Source of the DNA: Azolla caroliniana
Lineage: Eukaryota > Plantae > Polypodiophyta
Direction: 5' to 3'
DNA: 64,000 nt
NCBI GenBank assembly: GCA_043228905.1
Contig: JBHGNT010000005.1
Span: 7,502,001 to 7,566,000 of the forward strand
Part shown: positions 1 through 13,950 of the stretch, piece after piece
How the letters are laid out: each line of letters opens with the position of its first letter
Numbering within the stretch: position 1 is the first letter of the stretch
Notes under the pieces: model-generated
What the model saw: only the letters and a program-made list of their open reading frames with translations
Told to the model about the DNA's origin: nothing
Database searches by the model: none
Translations under genes and position numbers: made by a program

Positions 1-485
1 TAGAACTGGAGGAAAATTTTGTCGGAAATTTTGTAGATTCATTGAACATAATCCATCAATGATATCCACATTTGCTATATCCATTTATAAGATCAACTAC
101 GCATTGACATTTGCTCTTAGGTCCAACTTTCAAAAAACATTAGCTTCTTTTACAAGTTCAAACAGATTGTTTTATTATATAGTGAGGACAACACGGTATA
201 CACTTTCTTAGCCTTCTCATCTAATGATTCCTTTCCATTGTCATGAGAATGCTTGACAGCATAATGCTCTTCCAGAAGAGTGGAATCCTTTCAAAAGAGT
301 CTCGTTTAGTCAAAAACCATGGGCATGCGTGCACATACGACCGTATATTTGTATGATCTCTACATAATCTTTGCAGTCCTTGTACATACTACCAATTGAA
401 GGATCATCTCTCCTCTTTGATTGATTTATCATAGTTAATCATCAGGTTCAAAAATATCCATGCAAAGTTGTATCCATGTGTCCAC

Positions 486-3449
486 TTATATTGCCATTAC
501 CTCATGCATGTTTGTTTCCACTTGCATTGGAAGATCAGCACAGATGTTAGACATATATACATAAGAAGATGGGTTTTTCTCATCCAAACACAATGCATGT
601 TCAAATGCATGTCTTCCCTGGTCTACATCACCCCATTTCCGGCATGCTGCTAAGACAGTATGCCATTGCACGATACCAGGACAAAATGGCATCCTCATAA
701 TCATCGCTATTGCTTTTTCAATATGCCCTGCACGGCCAAGGAGATCAACCATACATGTGTAGTGGTCAAGAGAAGGCATCAAACCAGAGTCACCGATCAG
801 GTCAAAAAATATCTGCCCCATATCTATTAGGCCAGCATGACTACATGCATTGAGAAGACTAATAAATGTGACCGAATCTAGATTGAACCCTTCTTCTAAC
901 ATTTTGATGAGAACTTGGAACACATTTTCACTTTCACCAATCTGTGCATATCCAGCCACCAAAGCATTCCAAGAGATTCCATCCCGGGATTCCAGCCCAT
1001 CAAAAATCTTCCGAGCTTCTGGAAGTAAGCCACATTTAGCATACATATCAATCAAAGCATTGCTAATAGGAAGTTCTCTTTCCAACCCCCTTTTGGTACA
1101 TGCACAATGTACTTCGTACCCTGTATCTAAACCTCCAATGTTTCCACAAGCCTTCATGCTGCTAATAAAGGTGACAACATTGAAAAGAACTTCTTTTTGC
1201 TGCATTTCCTTGAAATAGCAAAGTATATCTTCGCTGCACCCATGCTCAGCATGCCCAGCTATAAGTGCATTCCAAGAGACAATATCTTGAACAAGAAGTT
1301 CATCAAACACCTGTTGTGCTTCTTCAAGCAATCCACATTTAGCATAAATATCTACAAGTACATTTCCGACAAGCAGTTCTCTCTCAAATCCTTTTTTGAC
1401 AATTTCAGCATGACCCTCAGAAGTTCCCGTCTTGCCACAAGCTTTTAAGCTGCATGCTAGTGTCAAAGCATCAGGAGACACACCCTCTTTACGCATCCGT
1501 CTAAGAATGTTGAGTGCCTCTGCACAATGGCCATGTTCCACATATCCTCCAATCAGTGCATTCCAAGCTACTATTGTTCGAGTCAGAAGTCCATTGAAAA
1601 CCTCCTGAGCTTCTATAAGATAGTTGCATTTAGCATACATATCAACTAAAGTGCTACCTATATACGCTTCTCCTTCTAAACCTTTCTTCGAAATTTCTAA
1701 ATGGATTTCTTGGCCCTTAGCTTCAGCACCTAAGCTACCACACATTTTCAAACTGCAAAGGTAAGTGACAACATTCAAAGGCATTCTCTCATCCTGCATC
1801 ATCTGCTCAAGAAAATTAAATCCCTTCTCAACATATCCATGTTCCAAAAACCCTGTCATGAGTGTAGTCCATGAGACCACATTTCGAACAGAAAGTTTCT
1901 CAAAAACTTCCTCAGCCATGGCAAGCAAGCCACACTTAGCATACATATCAATCAACATGTTAGCAATAAGAAGATCCATTTCATACCCGCTACAAACAGC
2001 CTGCATGTGTATCTCACAACCTTTGACAGTCGCCACAATAATGCTACAGGCTTTAAGGCTACAAACAAAGGTGAAACTATTCCAAGGGATGCCCTTGAGA
2101 TGCATATTTTCTACACACTGGAGTGCTTGTTCACCATATCCCTGTTCTACATATCCTGCAATCAATGCAGTCCATGTGACTTCATCTTGGACCAAAAGAT
2201 TATCAAACAATGACTTTGCTTCTTTGAGTGCACCGCATTTAGCATACACATCAATCAAGGTATTGCTAATAAGAACCTCCCTTTCCAAACCTCTTTTAAT
2301 AATATTATCATGCACGTCTCGACCCTCCTCTATGTCCCCTGTCTTTGCACAAGATTTCAAGATGCATACAAATGTGACCAAATTCAACGATATACCATCT
2401 TTTTGCATTTGTCTCAAGCAATGGTGAACCTCATCAGCATAATTATGTTCGGCATATCCCGCTACTAAAGACGTCCACGAGACCACATCCCGTATAGAAA
2501 GGTTATCAAGAACTTTCTGAGCAGTTGCAAGAAAACCCAGTTTTGCATATGTATCTATCAACGTGTTACCTACAATAACTTCCTTCTCCAAACCTTTTTT
2601 CATAATCTCGCCATAGATTTCTTGGACTTTTTCAGCTTCTCCAATGTTACCACATGCCACCAAGCAACAAACATAAGTAACTGAATTCGGAGAGATACAT
2701 GCATTCTTCATCTCTTGGAAACAGCGAAATGCTTCATCACCTTGACCATGTTCAGAATATCCTGAGAGAAGGGCGTTCCAAGAAACAACATCTCGGGATG
2801 TGAGGTTATCAAACACATCTTGCGCTTTCTCAAGAAATCCGCATTTAGCATACATATGGACCAATGCACTGCCAATAAAAGCATCATTTTTTTCTAATTC
2901 CAACTCTGCCATCTCAGCATGGATTCTAGAGCCTGTTTCTGGATCATTAAGCACAGTGCAAGCCTTTAACAATGCAATAAATGAATGGGCATTAGGATGC
3001 AAAGAAGTATATTTCTTCATTTTCAGATGCAAGAGCAGGGCATTTTGTGGTTCTCCATGCTTAACATAGCTTTTGATGAGTGAATTCCACATAAATTCAT
3101 CTTGATGTGGCATCATCTTGTCAAAGACTTGCTGAGAATTCCTCATTTCTGCCAATTGTAGGAAGAATATAGCTACCATATGATTTCCAAGCAAAGTATG
3201 ATTTTCTAAACCCATATGGATAACACAAATTTGTAAATGCATTACATGAGATGGGTTCATGTTTTCTCTGCATTTGTGAAGAACTGAAATGAAATTATCA
3301 ATCATGGGATGAAGATCTTGATGTATGCCTTGTGGCAGAGAAGCAATAGCTTCTTCAAAGCTTCGTTCAGGAGCAGAAAGGTTAATGCCAATCAAGCATG
3401 GATTCCTGAAGTGGACCAAGCCTCTTGAATTAGACTGAATTAACATCAT
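486..3449 (-). CDS. PLS-class pentatricopeptide repeat protein with a C-terminal E region and no DYW domain (probable organellar RNA-editing specificity factor), intronless, 987 aa
   Basis: Repeating P/L/S triplets (e.g. DVVSWNALLSGY, FVCILKSC, LIDMYAKCG). The C-terminus HYTCMVDLLGRAG...WHTVLAACRKWGD...SSYVYMSNI is typical of the E region. Confidence 0.95.
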   Translation of the reverse strand: MMLIQSNSRGLVHFRNPCLIGINLSAPERSFEEAIASLPQGIHQDLHPMIDNFISVLHKCRENMNPSHVMHLQICVIHMGLENHTLLGNHMVAIFFLQLAEMRNSQQVFDKMMPHQDEFMWNSLIKSYVKHGEPQNALLLHLKMKKYTSLHPNAHSFIALLKACTVLNDPETGSRIHAEMAELELEKNDAFIGSALVHMYAKCGFLEKAQDVFDNLTSRDVVSWNALLSGYSEHGQGDEAFRCFQEMKNACISPNSVTYVCCLVACGNIGEAEKVQEIYGEIMKKGLEKEVIVGNTLIDTYAKLGFLATAQKVLDNLSIRDVVSWTSLVAGYAEHNYADEVHHCLRQMQKDGISLNLVTFVCILKSCAKTGDIEEGRDVHDNIIKRGLEREVLISNTLIDVYAKCGALKEAKSLFDNLLVQDEVTWTALIAGYVEQGYGEQALQCVENMHLKGIPWNSFTFVCSLKACSIIVATVKGCEIHMQAVCSGYEMDLLIANMLIDMYAKCGLLAMAEEVFEKLSVRNVVSWTTLMTGFLEHGYVEKGFNFLEQMMQDERMPLNVVTYLCSLKMCGSLGAEAKGQEIHLEISKKGLEGEAYIGSTLVDMYAKCNYLIEAQEVFNGLLTRTIVAWNALIGGYVEHGHCAEALNILRRMRKEGVSPDALTLACSLKACGKTGTSEGHAEIVKKGFERELLVGNVLVDIYAKCGLLEEAQQVFDELLVQDIVSWNALIAGHAEHGCSEDILCYFKEMQQKEVLFNVVTFISSMKACGNIGGLDTGYEVHCACTKRGLERELPISNALIDMYAKCGLLPEARKIFDGLESRDGISWNALVAGYAQIGESENVFQVLIKMLEEGFNLDSVTFISLLNACSHAGLIDMGQIFFDLIGDSGLMPSLDHYTCMVDLLGRAGHIEKAIAMIMRMPFCPGIVQWHTVLAACRKWGDVDQGRHAFEHALCLDEKNPSSYVYMSNICADLPMQVETNMHEVMAI

Positions 3450-4231
3450 ATGGGCATTGCCATTCAGAGCAATGAAGAATCCAATTAAAATTTGAAGTCG
3501 CTCATTTTGATTTCATGGAGTCATCAAATGCCAAAAAATAATAAATAAGGAGAAGTTTGAGGTACTAACATGTGAAACTTGTTACATGTTAAGCCTCGGA
3601 AACCCCACGAAGAATTCTACGACATCCCAGAAACAAATTTGGGAAGAAGGAAAAGAAGTATGTATTGAATTCGAAAGCTACTTATAGAGAGATTATCATA
3701 ACACGGACACAATGTAGAAAAAGAGAGACCAGAAAGATGTTTGTTCAAGTTTCAACCCCCACATTCTGTAGTGGCATGATTCTATGAAAGCATTGCATAC
3801 AATGAGATTCACATACATGTGTACAAATTGATAAGCTAAAACTTTGGCCTGCCACAATGTTACAACCATCATTCAAATAAGTATATTGTATAACAACGTA
3901 ACGACGACCCATCCAAAACTTGGCACATCGATCATTGTGTAACCCCGCCGAGGACACTTGCAAAGTAGTGTATAAGGTTCTCAATGACACCACATCACAA
4001 TTGTCTAAAATGTAATGCCACCCAAGTGTTTATTTCACATTGGGCCATAACGAATTATATATTTATGTATTCTATTAAACTTTCCTCCACTTGTTAGTTA
4101 CCCTCACATTTGCGGATAAACGAGTCATGTGGGATTGGAACTTGGTGCATGGCCAACATTTTCCTAATAGGATAATATTCATATGTCGTCCCCCCTCCCT
4201 CTTGTTGGTTGCAATGGAAACTTTGGAGGAG

Positions 4232-4652
4232 TGTTAAGAATCAAACTCAACCTAAGTCTAGTGTGTGAACACACATTTCTTGAGAATGTATGAACATTCA
4301 AAGGTCAAAGGTCACCACTCCCTTTGAACATTAACTATGTTTCATAGAATGACACATAACTAATGAGTTTCCACATTCACCATGACACATGAGCTTCTAT
4401 AGTTGCTAGAGAGTGAGTGAATGGTTTAGTGAGAGGGTGACCTTCTATAAAGCACCCTCCTCCTACTATGTAAGCTTCAGTTAATCTCCCTTGTAATGTT
4501 ATTAACTTTGTACTTGTTATTCTTTACTCCTTGTCAATATACATCGTGAGTATTCTATTTTCCTATCTATCTTGTGTCTCTCCTCTTTCACACACACATA
4601 ACACACATCTTTAATCTATTCCGCTACATAGAATCATACTCGATTCTTTACA
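4232..4652. mobile_element. Solo LTR (421 bp) of an LTR retrotransposon
   Basis: Ends TGTTAAGAATC...GATTCTTTACA (11-bp inverted termini, one mismatch). Flanked by a 5-bp direct repeat AGGAG (4227-4231, 4653-4657). Internal TATAAA near 4445. No internal coding region. Confidence 0.85.
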
Positions 4653-7600
4653 AGGAGTCAAAACAAATATTAGGGATGGGAATGGATCACATTGCACTAG
4701 TGGACTCTCCCAACTAGATTCCTAAACATCCTTCTTTGATTGTTACAATCTTGGCAACACCCAATATAGTTTTTGTTCCAAAGGGTTGTTCGTTGAAAAA
4801 ATTGTTTAATGGATAACAAAATACAGTTCTCTTTCTCCATTTATTATTCAGCTTCCTCATCTTCGTTCCGTGTGCTAGAGATGTACTTTTTCTTTCGCCA
4901 TTTCTTATTTAACTTCATTGTGTTCTAGGTCTTAGTTTAGTGCAATAGAGTTTTGTGCCAAGGGAGATTATTCAAAATAAAGTGCTTGTGGACTCTGAAA
5001 TGAACTCAACTATCTTCATTTAATATTAGGCTTTCCTCTTATGCATGATCATCTTGCTTCATGTCTGGACAATAACATCCCTCTACTTCTATTAGCAAGC
5101 CTAATCATGAAGATATTCCCCAACTCAATATTCTAGTATGGGATTGAGATCCTTTTCCCACTACAATTCTCAAGAGTTCTATTTTGCATAATACGCACTA
5201 TAACATATAGTACTATGCCATGCTTCGGCTCAAGTATCGACAAATAGATGCCACATAGCAAATTGGAAATTTAAAACCTCAATTTTTCCAAACACTCCTT
5301 CTACACCAAGCAAGCATCTCTCTTTCTTGCAAATGTTATAACTTTTGTCAACGATGGAGACTAAAGTATGGGTTCTATTCAAAACTAGCATTAGAGACTA
5401 TCAAAATCAAATGGTTACACTCTAGATTATGCAACAAAAGAGACCAATATGTTTGTTAACAAATTTCTAGACAAACCTAGAACCTAAAGTCCCCCAAGTC
5501 CAAGATGCTACAAAATCTTCTACAAGTACATGGACTGATGGAATTATCATATTCAACCTCTTGGTACTGTTAGATTGGCTAGTCAACCTTCTTCTCCATT
5601 TCACAAGGATCCCACATATTCCATGCTTTCCTAGGAAGTGAATCTACACATGATTCACTGCATCTTAAGACTTCGATGAACATATCCTTGGGTTAGGGCA
5701 CGTGAATAATCAGTCATATGGTATTATTAGATTGGTTAGGACACTGTGCAATCACTATGCTTTTCATGTAATTCTATCACAACATTTATCACATTATGCC
5801 ACTGGATTTAGTACAATATATACTTGATTTGGCGCACATTAATTATCAGTTAGTTTCATTGGGCTGGTCGAATGGGCACTTCATGCAATTACAGTGATTT
5901 TTAATATGATTCAACTCTAGAATTTATCAGAATCATAACGATAACATGGTACCATTAACTTAGTCCAATACACCACCATATTATCTCCTAGCATGCTTCA
6001 TAATCACACATTTTAGGGCAAAAATACATGATTGCATATTCTAATTGCACTTGTTTACTTCTAGGCCCTACTACTAGATCAGTCGACTATGGTATCATGT
6101 TACAATTATGTGAACCAGTCTATGCATTGATTACCGCATATCATAAATAATCATCTAGCATCACAGACACTTCATCTACACAACTGGATAGTTGAATCAA
6201 CAATTCAACTACACGCTTCAATTTTGTGTTAATCCATCTGTTACATACACTTCCTCTACAACAGAGGACTAGTTAGATCGACAGTTCCACCTACACGCAT
6301 CCACTTTGTGTGAATCCATTGGTAGGCGGGTTTATGCATATTCAATAAAACCTCGAATTGACCATCTCTCGTTGGACCAAACAACCAAACCTAATGAATC
6401 TATTGTATCATCATGTTTTGTGATGAGTCTTCACACAGAAAACAACATTTTGTGCAAGCCTAAACATTTGGTATTATTTAATCCAGCTATTCCTCTCTAT
6501 TTGTTGAGAAAACACCAATCACCGCATATAGATCTAAGATTATTACTATTTGGTGGAAAAACAAACTCGATCATATGAATATGCACATACAGAAATATTC
6601 CAGGCATTTGCCTGCAATATCCCAGATCTGGTTTTCTATTTGAAATTACAACAAATTATTTGCTTTGAGTTATGCCCATTACTTCAATGGATCAACACAA
6701 GTACATACACACAAACACAGAGCTTCAGAAAATCAATCGAAAGATACTCTATCAACATCTTCTGATAGATTTCAGAAGGCGGAAAATATCCTTTCATCAT
6801 CAGCTGTAATTGAAATTCATAACAAAAAGACCATTGCAAACAGTACTAAACATGAGAGCTCCGAAGGAGTGTATTGGATTCAAAGGGTAGGCACAACAAT
6901 GAATCAACCGCTTCTCAGTATGTACATACTTGGTTCTAGACATCTAGGGCTTCAATCCACTTACTTATATGGGGTATCCAAAGCAAGGAGATCTCTTTTC
7001 ATATTGACATTTCACACTTGTCCCTTTGCAAATATGTTTATTGTCGGTATGAGAGCTTTGTGTCCAATGTCCGACTCTCTTTCGCTATTATAAGCAACAA
7101 CATGGTAGCACTTCACTTATTGCCTTCAAGAACCCTAGTCCCTATGCATATACATGCTAAAGAATAATACCTTAGCCAAGAGTTTGTATTCACATGGCAT
7201 TGTGTCTCGTATTGTCATACGGATGGCTCGAGAACTAGAAGCATCATGTTTAAAGTCCGTCGCCAAGATATGTTACGATGGTGAGATTTTTGCATTTATA
7301 TGAACTAATTGAGGTGTTAAGAGTTTATGTGAGTGCACAATTCACCAAGTGATGCTAGTTCACTTCTTCGATATGCCAAGGAGTGATTGACACCCTCTCA
7401 CACCCAATCATCGTAATAACTAATTGAAGAGACGATCTCCCATAATAGGTTTAGGTAAAACTACCATAATCGGTTTTCACAAACTCAAAAGCACAGCATA
7501 TATCACAAAAAATTCAAGTGCAAGGAAAGTATTAAACCTTTGGAAGGAGCATGCATTACCTCTCAATATCACAGCTATTCTCCTTTGGGTTCGTTTTACT

Positions 7601-8122
7601 AGCAATATATCATATGATGTGGTTAACAATGTTGTAGCTCATATCACATAGTTTACAGATGCAATATCCTCTTCTTAAAATATAGATAGAGACATACAGC
7701 AATAATAACCAAAAAAATCCACCGCCAAAAAGGCAAATCATCGTAGGATCACATTTTTCCTTTTTGTTAATGAGCTAGTGACCAAAAAAAGAAAACAAAT
7801 TTCTTTACTGTTTTATTAACTTCTACTGATGATGAATATAAGAGGTGGCATATGACTGTATTTCAACATTATGGAACAAAAATGAATCAAAGATAATGTA
7901 CAAGTTCAATGTATGAGCTATGCCGAATGAATGTTCCTCATCACTGTTTTACACGTTTTTACAAGTACCATCTTTCCTTCATTATGGAAGGCTAAAAGAA
8001 TTAAGCTACATGTCCCAAATACAAATCGCACGTTAAGTTATGTTTCTGGAGAAGTATCCACCAATCTCTTGCATATCAATTTATTTGAACCATTAAAAGA
8101 AAGTTCAAGGTGTTTTGCATAT

Positions 8123-11100
8123 TTATGTCGTCAGTCTATCGGGCAATGGGGTGCTCGTACCAAGGATTCTACCCCCCACATCTGGAAAGCACTCAAAATT
8201 TTCTAGGGAAACCACATTTCCAGTGCTCTCTACTTTTAGTGGATACGGTAAAAGATGTCCATCCATTGCAGTAACTTCCTCAGCTGTATACTGCTTCCAG
8301 TTTCGTGCTGCCAAATCTTGCACCATCTTAACACATTCCAATTTCCACGGCTGAAGAAAACCGCTAGCATAAGCTCCCAAGTGCTCAGCCCAAAGTGACA
8401 TCCGATAACCATGGACCTGATCACAGTTTTATAGAAGAATATTAGTATATGTACACCTGGTGTGGCACATACACCCGACAAATATCTGATCTGTTTTACA
8501 TGTGTTTTTTATTTGAAATCAGCAATTAACTTGAACAAGATTTTATTCACATGGTTCATATAAATATGTTGCATTAAGCCTCTTGTTTCCAGCAATTAAA
8601 AAGTGCACTAGGCACCTTGTTTGAAAAAGCATTGATTGCAAAAAGTAACAGGTTTGAGCATCCGCATGGGCACATGTTCATATGTATAGAGCAGAAAGAG
8701 ACTACATAGATCATCAAAAGTAGTGTGAGGTAGTAACCAGTTCCTTTCTAGTCAATTTTTAAGGGTTGTCACCTCACACTTAGCTTTCCCACCAAGTGTC
8801 TGAAATGTGCGGGACACGTGTGTGAGAAATGACCCAAGTTCTGGGTGAAAACTTTGATTGTATGAAATTATTTATCCAAATATATAACTTATTTTGCAAA
8901 AAACTGATGTTAAAAGTTGATAGTTGTAGCATCCACATTCAAGCATTAAAAAAACAACTAATGAAATAGGCTCACCTGGCCTCTGGGAGCCTGTTTGTTG
9001 TGGGCCCATGTATGATACGGCTGATAGGCACCCATTGCAATCTCTGTATCCCTTGATCCATCCATGGATCGTTGGTTTATGTTTGCTGATCCAATTATCA
9101 CATATTCATCATCCACAATCATGCCCTTTGAATGCACATATATCATAAAGCGTCGACTCTTATAAGCTTTGGACTGAATGTAAACATCAACAAAAACAAA
9201 ATCCGTCTTTTAATATCTCTTATTTATCATCCACAATCATCAGAGTGTCTGTGCATAGAGTCTAGTTACTAATGTAGAAGAAAACATTAACACAGAAAAT
9301 TCATGCTTAATGAATGGACTTTGATCTTTGATTAATCACATAAAAAGCACAAGAAATTACTTGGCTATCATTAGGTGTAGCCATGGGAGGTGGTTCATTT
9401 CCTTGGCTCGGTTCACGATTTCCCAAGCAGAAGAAGTTCAAGTAATCAGTTGGGTGACGAATTCCAACTAACTGTTCTTCTTTTAAAGCTTCTGCAATTA
9501 ATGTATACATCATCTCCATTGTTTGGCTCTGTCAGCATACAATAAAGTTATCTGATATGAGATAAGCCTAGATTGAACTTCCCTTCAACAAACTACTTTC
9601 TATGAAATGCCATGTTTCTAAGACTTCATCCCTGGTGTTATTGCCTTCAAAAATCAAGAAGGATGCATTTCCAAATGACAACATTTCAGTGGACGATTTA
9701 GACTACTCTCTTTAAATAATTGTATTAAAATCAAGTTTCATCCTAATTTTGAATGAGCAATTATTCATGTTACAGAATTCACGCTTATTTCTGTTCACTT
9801 GGTTTTCTATTTGAAACTGCTTGTTATTTTCATTATATGATGGTTTACTATATCTATCAAGTCCTAGCATGCCTTTCCTACATTAATTTTGTAAAAGTAG
9901 ATTTCCTTTAGATTTCTCATGGAAATAAATACTCTTATGAATCCACATGTCATACCTGAAAAAAAAGGATTTCTTGGACAGTTTGTGTAGGAGGATCACC
10001 TTCTGGCCACATTGGTATAATGATATACACCGCAAACTCTTCATGGGCCTTGATCTTGCTTACAATCTTCAAAGCAAGTTCCATGGGAATAAGATGATTT
10101 GAACCTGTAATTATACCAATTGCATAAGATTATATCATATCAATATAACATTTCTCAACAATCAAGAAAGATAAATAGATAATAAATTCAGCATTAACAA
10201 ACATACTAGGTATGCAGCTACACAGTCATGCATAACTTCATTAACCCTATCACAGTATCAATCATGTATTCTCATTATTGACCGCACATGCAAATTTCAG
10301 ATATCCAACAACAAATATTCTGATTTTATTTGTTCATATTATATGTCTTGACATTGATTTTTTTTAACACAACAGAACACTCAGACCAATATATTCATTA
10401 TTATTGCACTGCGATTCAGTACCTGAAGACTGTGTTTTGGAAAACTATACAAGTGAAAAATTAATGCACCATCAGCCATAAATTTCTTATTGTTAGAATC
10501 ATATATGTGAAGAAATCAGTAGCCATGATCTGAAGGGGTGCCCCAGACCTGGTGGACTCTCAAATGCTTTTCTTCAGTTTTGGAAGATTTTGGTCAAAAT
10601 TTATTCATAAGTTATCAAGAGTTTCTAGACACATGCCATATGCCACAACAACACTCCAAGGAATTGATATAGCCTAATTCACAAAGGACAAGGTGATAGA
10701 ACTGATATCACAGCATAGGCAATTACTCTACCATGATCTTCTTGCTAAAAAACCTACATTCTTGAATATCTGTTTCACGAAATCATAGAACCCCAACAAA
10801 CTAAGCAACACTATCCGTTTTTTCATAGTTCACCACAAGGTTGCAACATTCTGCATCTTAAATCTGTACGCATGTTGTTGAATGTACCAAAGTAAAGGAA
10901 AGATATAAAAGAGTTTTGGCGTAACCAGCATTTTTATATCTTGGCCACGCAAAGGATGATCCAAGAAAATATTGATTCTCAATATAGATGAAATGTTGGG
11001 CAGAGCGTATTGCCTTAATATAGGCTGTTTGAATACCCATATCTACTTTAATATTCTTGCGAACAACGAGATCCTGCAAAAACATTGACAGAATAAAAAC

Positions 11101-13950
11101 TATGAATCTACCAAGTATGTAACAGCATTATTCTTACACTCAAAGGAGTTCTTTACCTTTTCTCGATCTTTTTGTAAACCCTTTACAGAACCTGAGTCAA
11201 TTGACCTGAAAACCTGCAATCCACATTCTCTATCTTCGTCTTTCAAAGGTTTTTATCCTTGTTTTTTTTAAATTTGTTCATAGTTATGGGTATATCATAA
11301 TATTATGGTGCCTTGATTGACTCTAATGGAAAGAATTGCTTCATATTCTTTGGCAAGTTCATGACCATGTAAACTTAACTTCTATGAAAGCAGCACGTAG
11401 CTTTTTTTTTAAACATAAGTCAAACCCATGGGGCATACCTGAATATACCATCTCTCAAGATCAAACTCATCAGTTATATGTTCATTCAGCTGTACTACCC
11501 ATGATGCCCTTTTAAGGTCAACCAGAGCATCCCGATGATAACTACTGCGCCACTTTGTCTGTTTTCTCCAACGTTGCTCAAAGTTTTCTAAAACATCATA
11601 TACAGCCGGGCCTTCAATTTTGCAATGTAGATCATGCCATGGTTGTCTTGGACCTTTACTATTGATTTTCTGTTAAGAATCAGATTAAATAGCATTTTAT
11701 ATGGGAGAGATACACCTCTATGTGAAATATATTGCGGCGTAAGTTAATTGAGGCTACTTACCACAGTGAATATGGGATTGTAATAATCGTCTTTGAAAAC
11801 TGTATCCAACTTACAAAATAAGCTATGCTCTGGAGTATCATACCGCCCATTGCAAAGATCCAGCCCACCTATGAATGCAGCAAGATTCCTCTTGTGAGGA
11901 GAATGAGAGGATTCTGTATCCACAATAACCAGCTTTTGATGATGTGTAAAAAAAGACCCATCAACCTACATGATCACATAGGTTATTGTTTCATTTCAAA
12001 AATAATCATGTACATCCTTTGATTCATCACATAAGTAACTGATCCAAGATGCATTGTGTTTTTAAAGTGCTGGTACTACACAATATACTACCACTTTGTA
12101 TTTAAAGTAAAATAATAGGAATATCTATGGTTCTCACTTGTTGTTTAAACAAGCTAAGCTTATCGTCGATGTGGCGAGGAGCAAGAAGACAATGTACATG
12201 TGACTGGTGAAAAAATGCTCGAGTTTCTTCATCGTGGGTTCCCATTAGACCTGACTGAAAACCAAAACCAGCAATCATCACATACATAAAAACTCTATCT
12301 GAAATTGCATATGAAAAAACAAGGACGTACAACATGCTGAGAAGAAGTTTTTGGCATTTTCCCATGAAGCTGGAACAACCCAGTGTTTTAACTTAACAAT
12401 GTTCAATATTACAAGCTTCTGTAGTGCAAGAAGCTACGTGGCAAGACAACGCTCTACAAAAGAAACGCAAGACACTGGAAGCTGAAAGAGAGTAAGTAAG
12501 TCAGTAAGCATCATACCTTGTGGAAAAAATGATGTGAAGTTTTGTCATCCCATACAAGAAGTAATACCCGAACACCGCAAGTTTTGGCTTTCCACTTGAG
12601 AAGCTCTCCCAAGTTTAGGTAAGCTTCAGAGCGCCTTGGTCTTTCATTATCTCTAACAAGTGTTATTTTCGTATATATAGACCATCCAGCTATGTAAATG
12701 AGATGTTTGGCATCTAGGATAGCCTGACATATATCATCCCAGCAGCTCCTGGGTTCAAATCTCTTCTCTCCAGCAAGCTGGATCTGAGGTTGCAATCCAC
12801 ACGGCACATGAGCATCTTGATAAAGAGTCAATCTACACCCTCTCCTCAAAGGGAAGTAGGTATTTGGCACTCCTCGATGATCCATTCCAACTCCATATCG
12901 ATACATTGGATCTCGATCGACAGGCCAGTAAGTCAGAGATATTTGCAATTCAGCACCTTGCTTGCAAGGCTTGTCATCCCTATTGAGTAAAGGAAAAGAC
13001 TCTTTTCTAATGGGGTGAGGAGATAAGACCCTCGCCGCAGGTATCTTGACCTCACCGATATACTGAGCGCCGATTATGTCGTTATCCTTGACCAAGAACT
13101 CGATCTCAGCAACCTTGTGTGCCACGCTGACAGTGAAATGTTGCTCCCAAACAGGGTCGTCCGAGTTGCTGATGACATTAGTCCGTGCAAGGCAGGCACC
13201 CCCAAGAATCAAACACACATAAGGATCGCTCTTGATAGCCTTCGAAATGATGGGAAGGCCGGCCGTAATGACCTGGCGGAGACTTTCCGAGAACATGTCC
13301 ATGTTGGGTAGGTTCTTCGCAGAGTGGATGTGGAGATCGAAGGAGCCATAGAGCTGGTGATATTTCCAGGAGCGCCTATTCTTGCCGCGGATAATCTGCC
13401 CATTGTTGTTGGGGGTGTAAATGGTGTCAGAGCCCGGGCGTGTCAACAACTGCAGGGGCCCCAAGAAGAAATTCGCAATGCCCGCACTAGAGGAAGCAAT
13501 GGTATCGTCGCTGTCAGGGGATACAATGGATGGATAGATGATCGAATTAGCATTTAAATCGGATGCATCATCATCATGTGAAAAAGGAGCAGATGGTGTG
13601 GGGATTATGTGAGAGGGAGTGTAATTGTCAGTGTAAGAGGTGGGTGTGGGGTAAATAGCAGGGGCATCATCAGATTGATCGGGTGGAAGAGGAGGGTAGA
13701 AATTAGAGTGGTAAGAATCAGTGGGAGAAGGGTATATAATGTAATCAGGGTTAACTGTGGGAGGATCGGGTGTCTGAGGAGGAGGGTATAATGGTGGGTA
13801 ATTACTGAAATTAAGAGGAGGTTGGGATTGTGGATATGGATATGGATATGGATATGAATCTGGAGATGGATATGGATATGGAGATGGAGATGGAGATGGA
13901 TATGGAGGATAGTTATTGTTTTCGTTATATGGACTTGAGCTTCCCTGCAT
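8123..13950 (-). CDS. PLD: C2-domain phospholipase D, delta-like catalytic core with a Pro/Tyr-rich N-terminal extension; 10 coding exons, about 999 aa
   Basis: GT-AG exons 13950-12517, 12254-12138, 11965-11762, 11669-11439, 11213-11157, 11073-10926, 10104-9956, 9528-9361, 9173-8976 and 8416-8123 join in frame. Contains a C2 domain (SDPYV...PVWEQHF), HKD1 (HQKLVIVD), [11 protein letters not shown]2 (HSKGMIVD...GSANINQRS) and the C-terminus LPDRLTT. Confidence 0.95.

Noticed and set aside
850-3069. Plus-strand ORFs of up to 220 aa
   Set aside because: Antisense shadows of the PPR coding sequence with no independent motifs.
4632-4646. 12-nt match TCATACTCGATT between the solo LTR and the inner-element LTRs
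   Set aside because: Too short, with no further alignable sequence seen; may be chance.
4660-7650. Possible degraded retroelement and short ORFs between the PPR and PLD genes
   Set aside because: No diagnostic motif or termini could be identified by eye.
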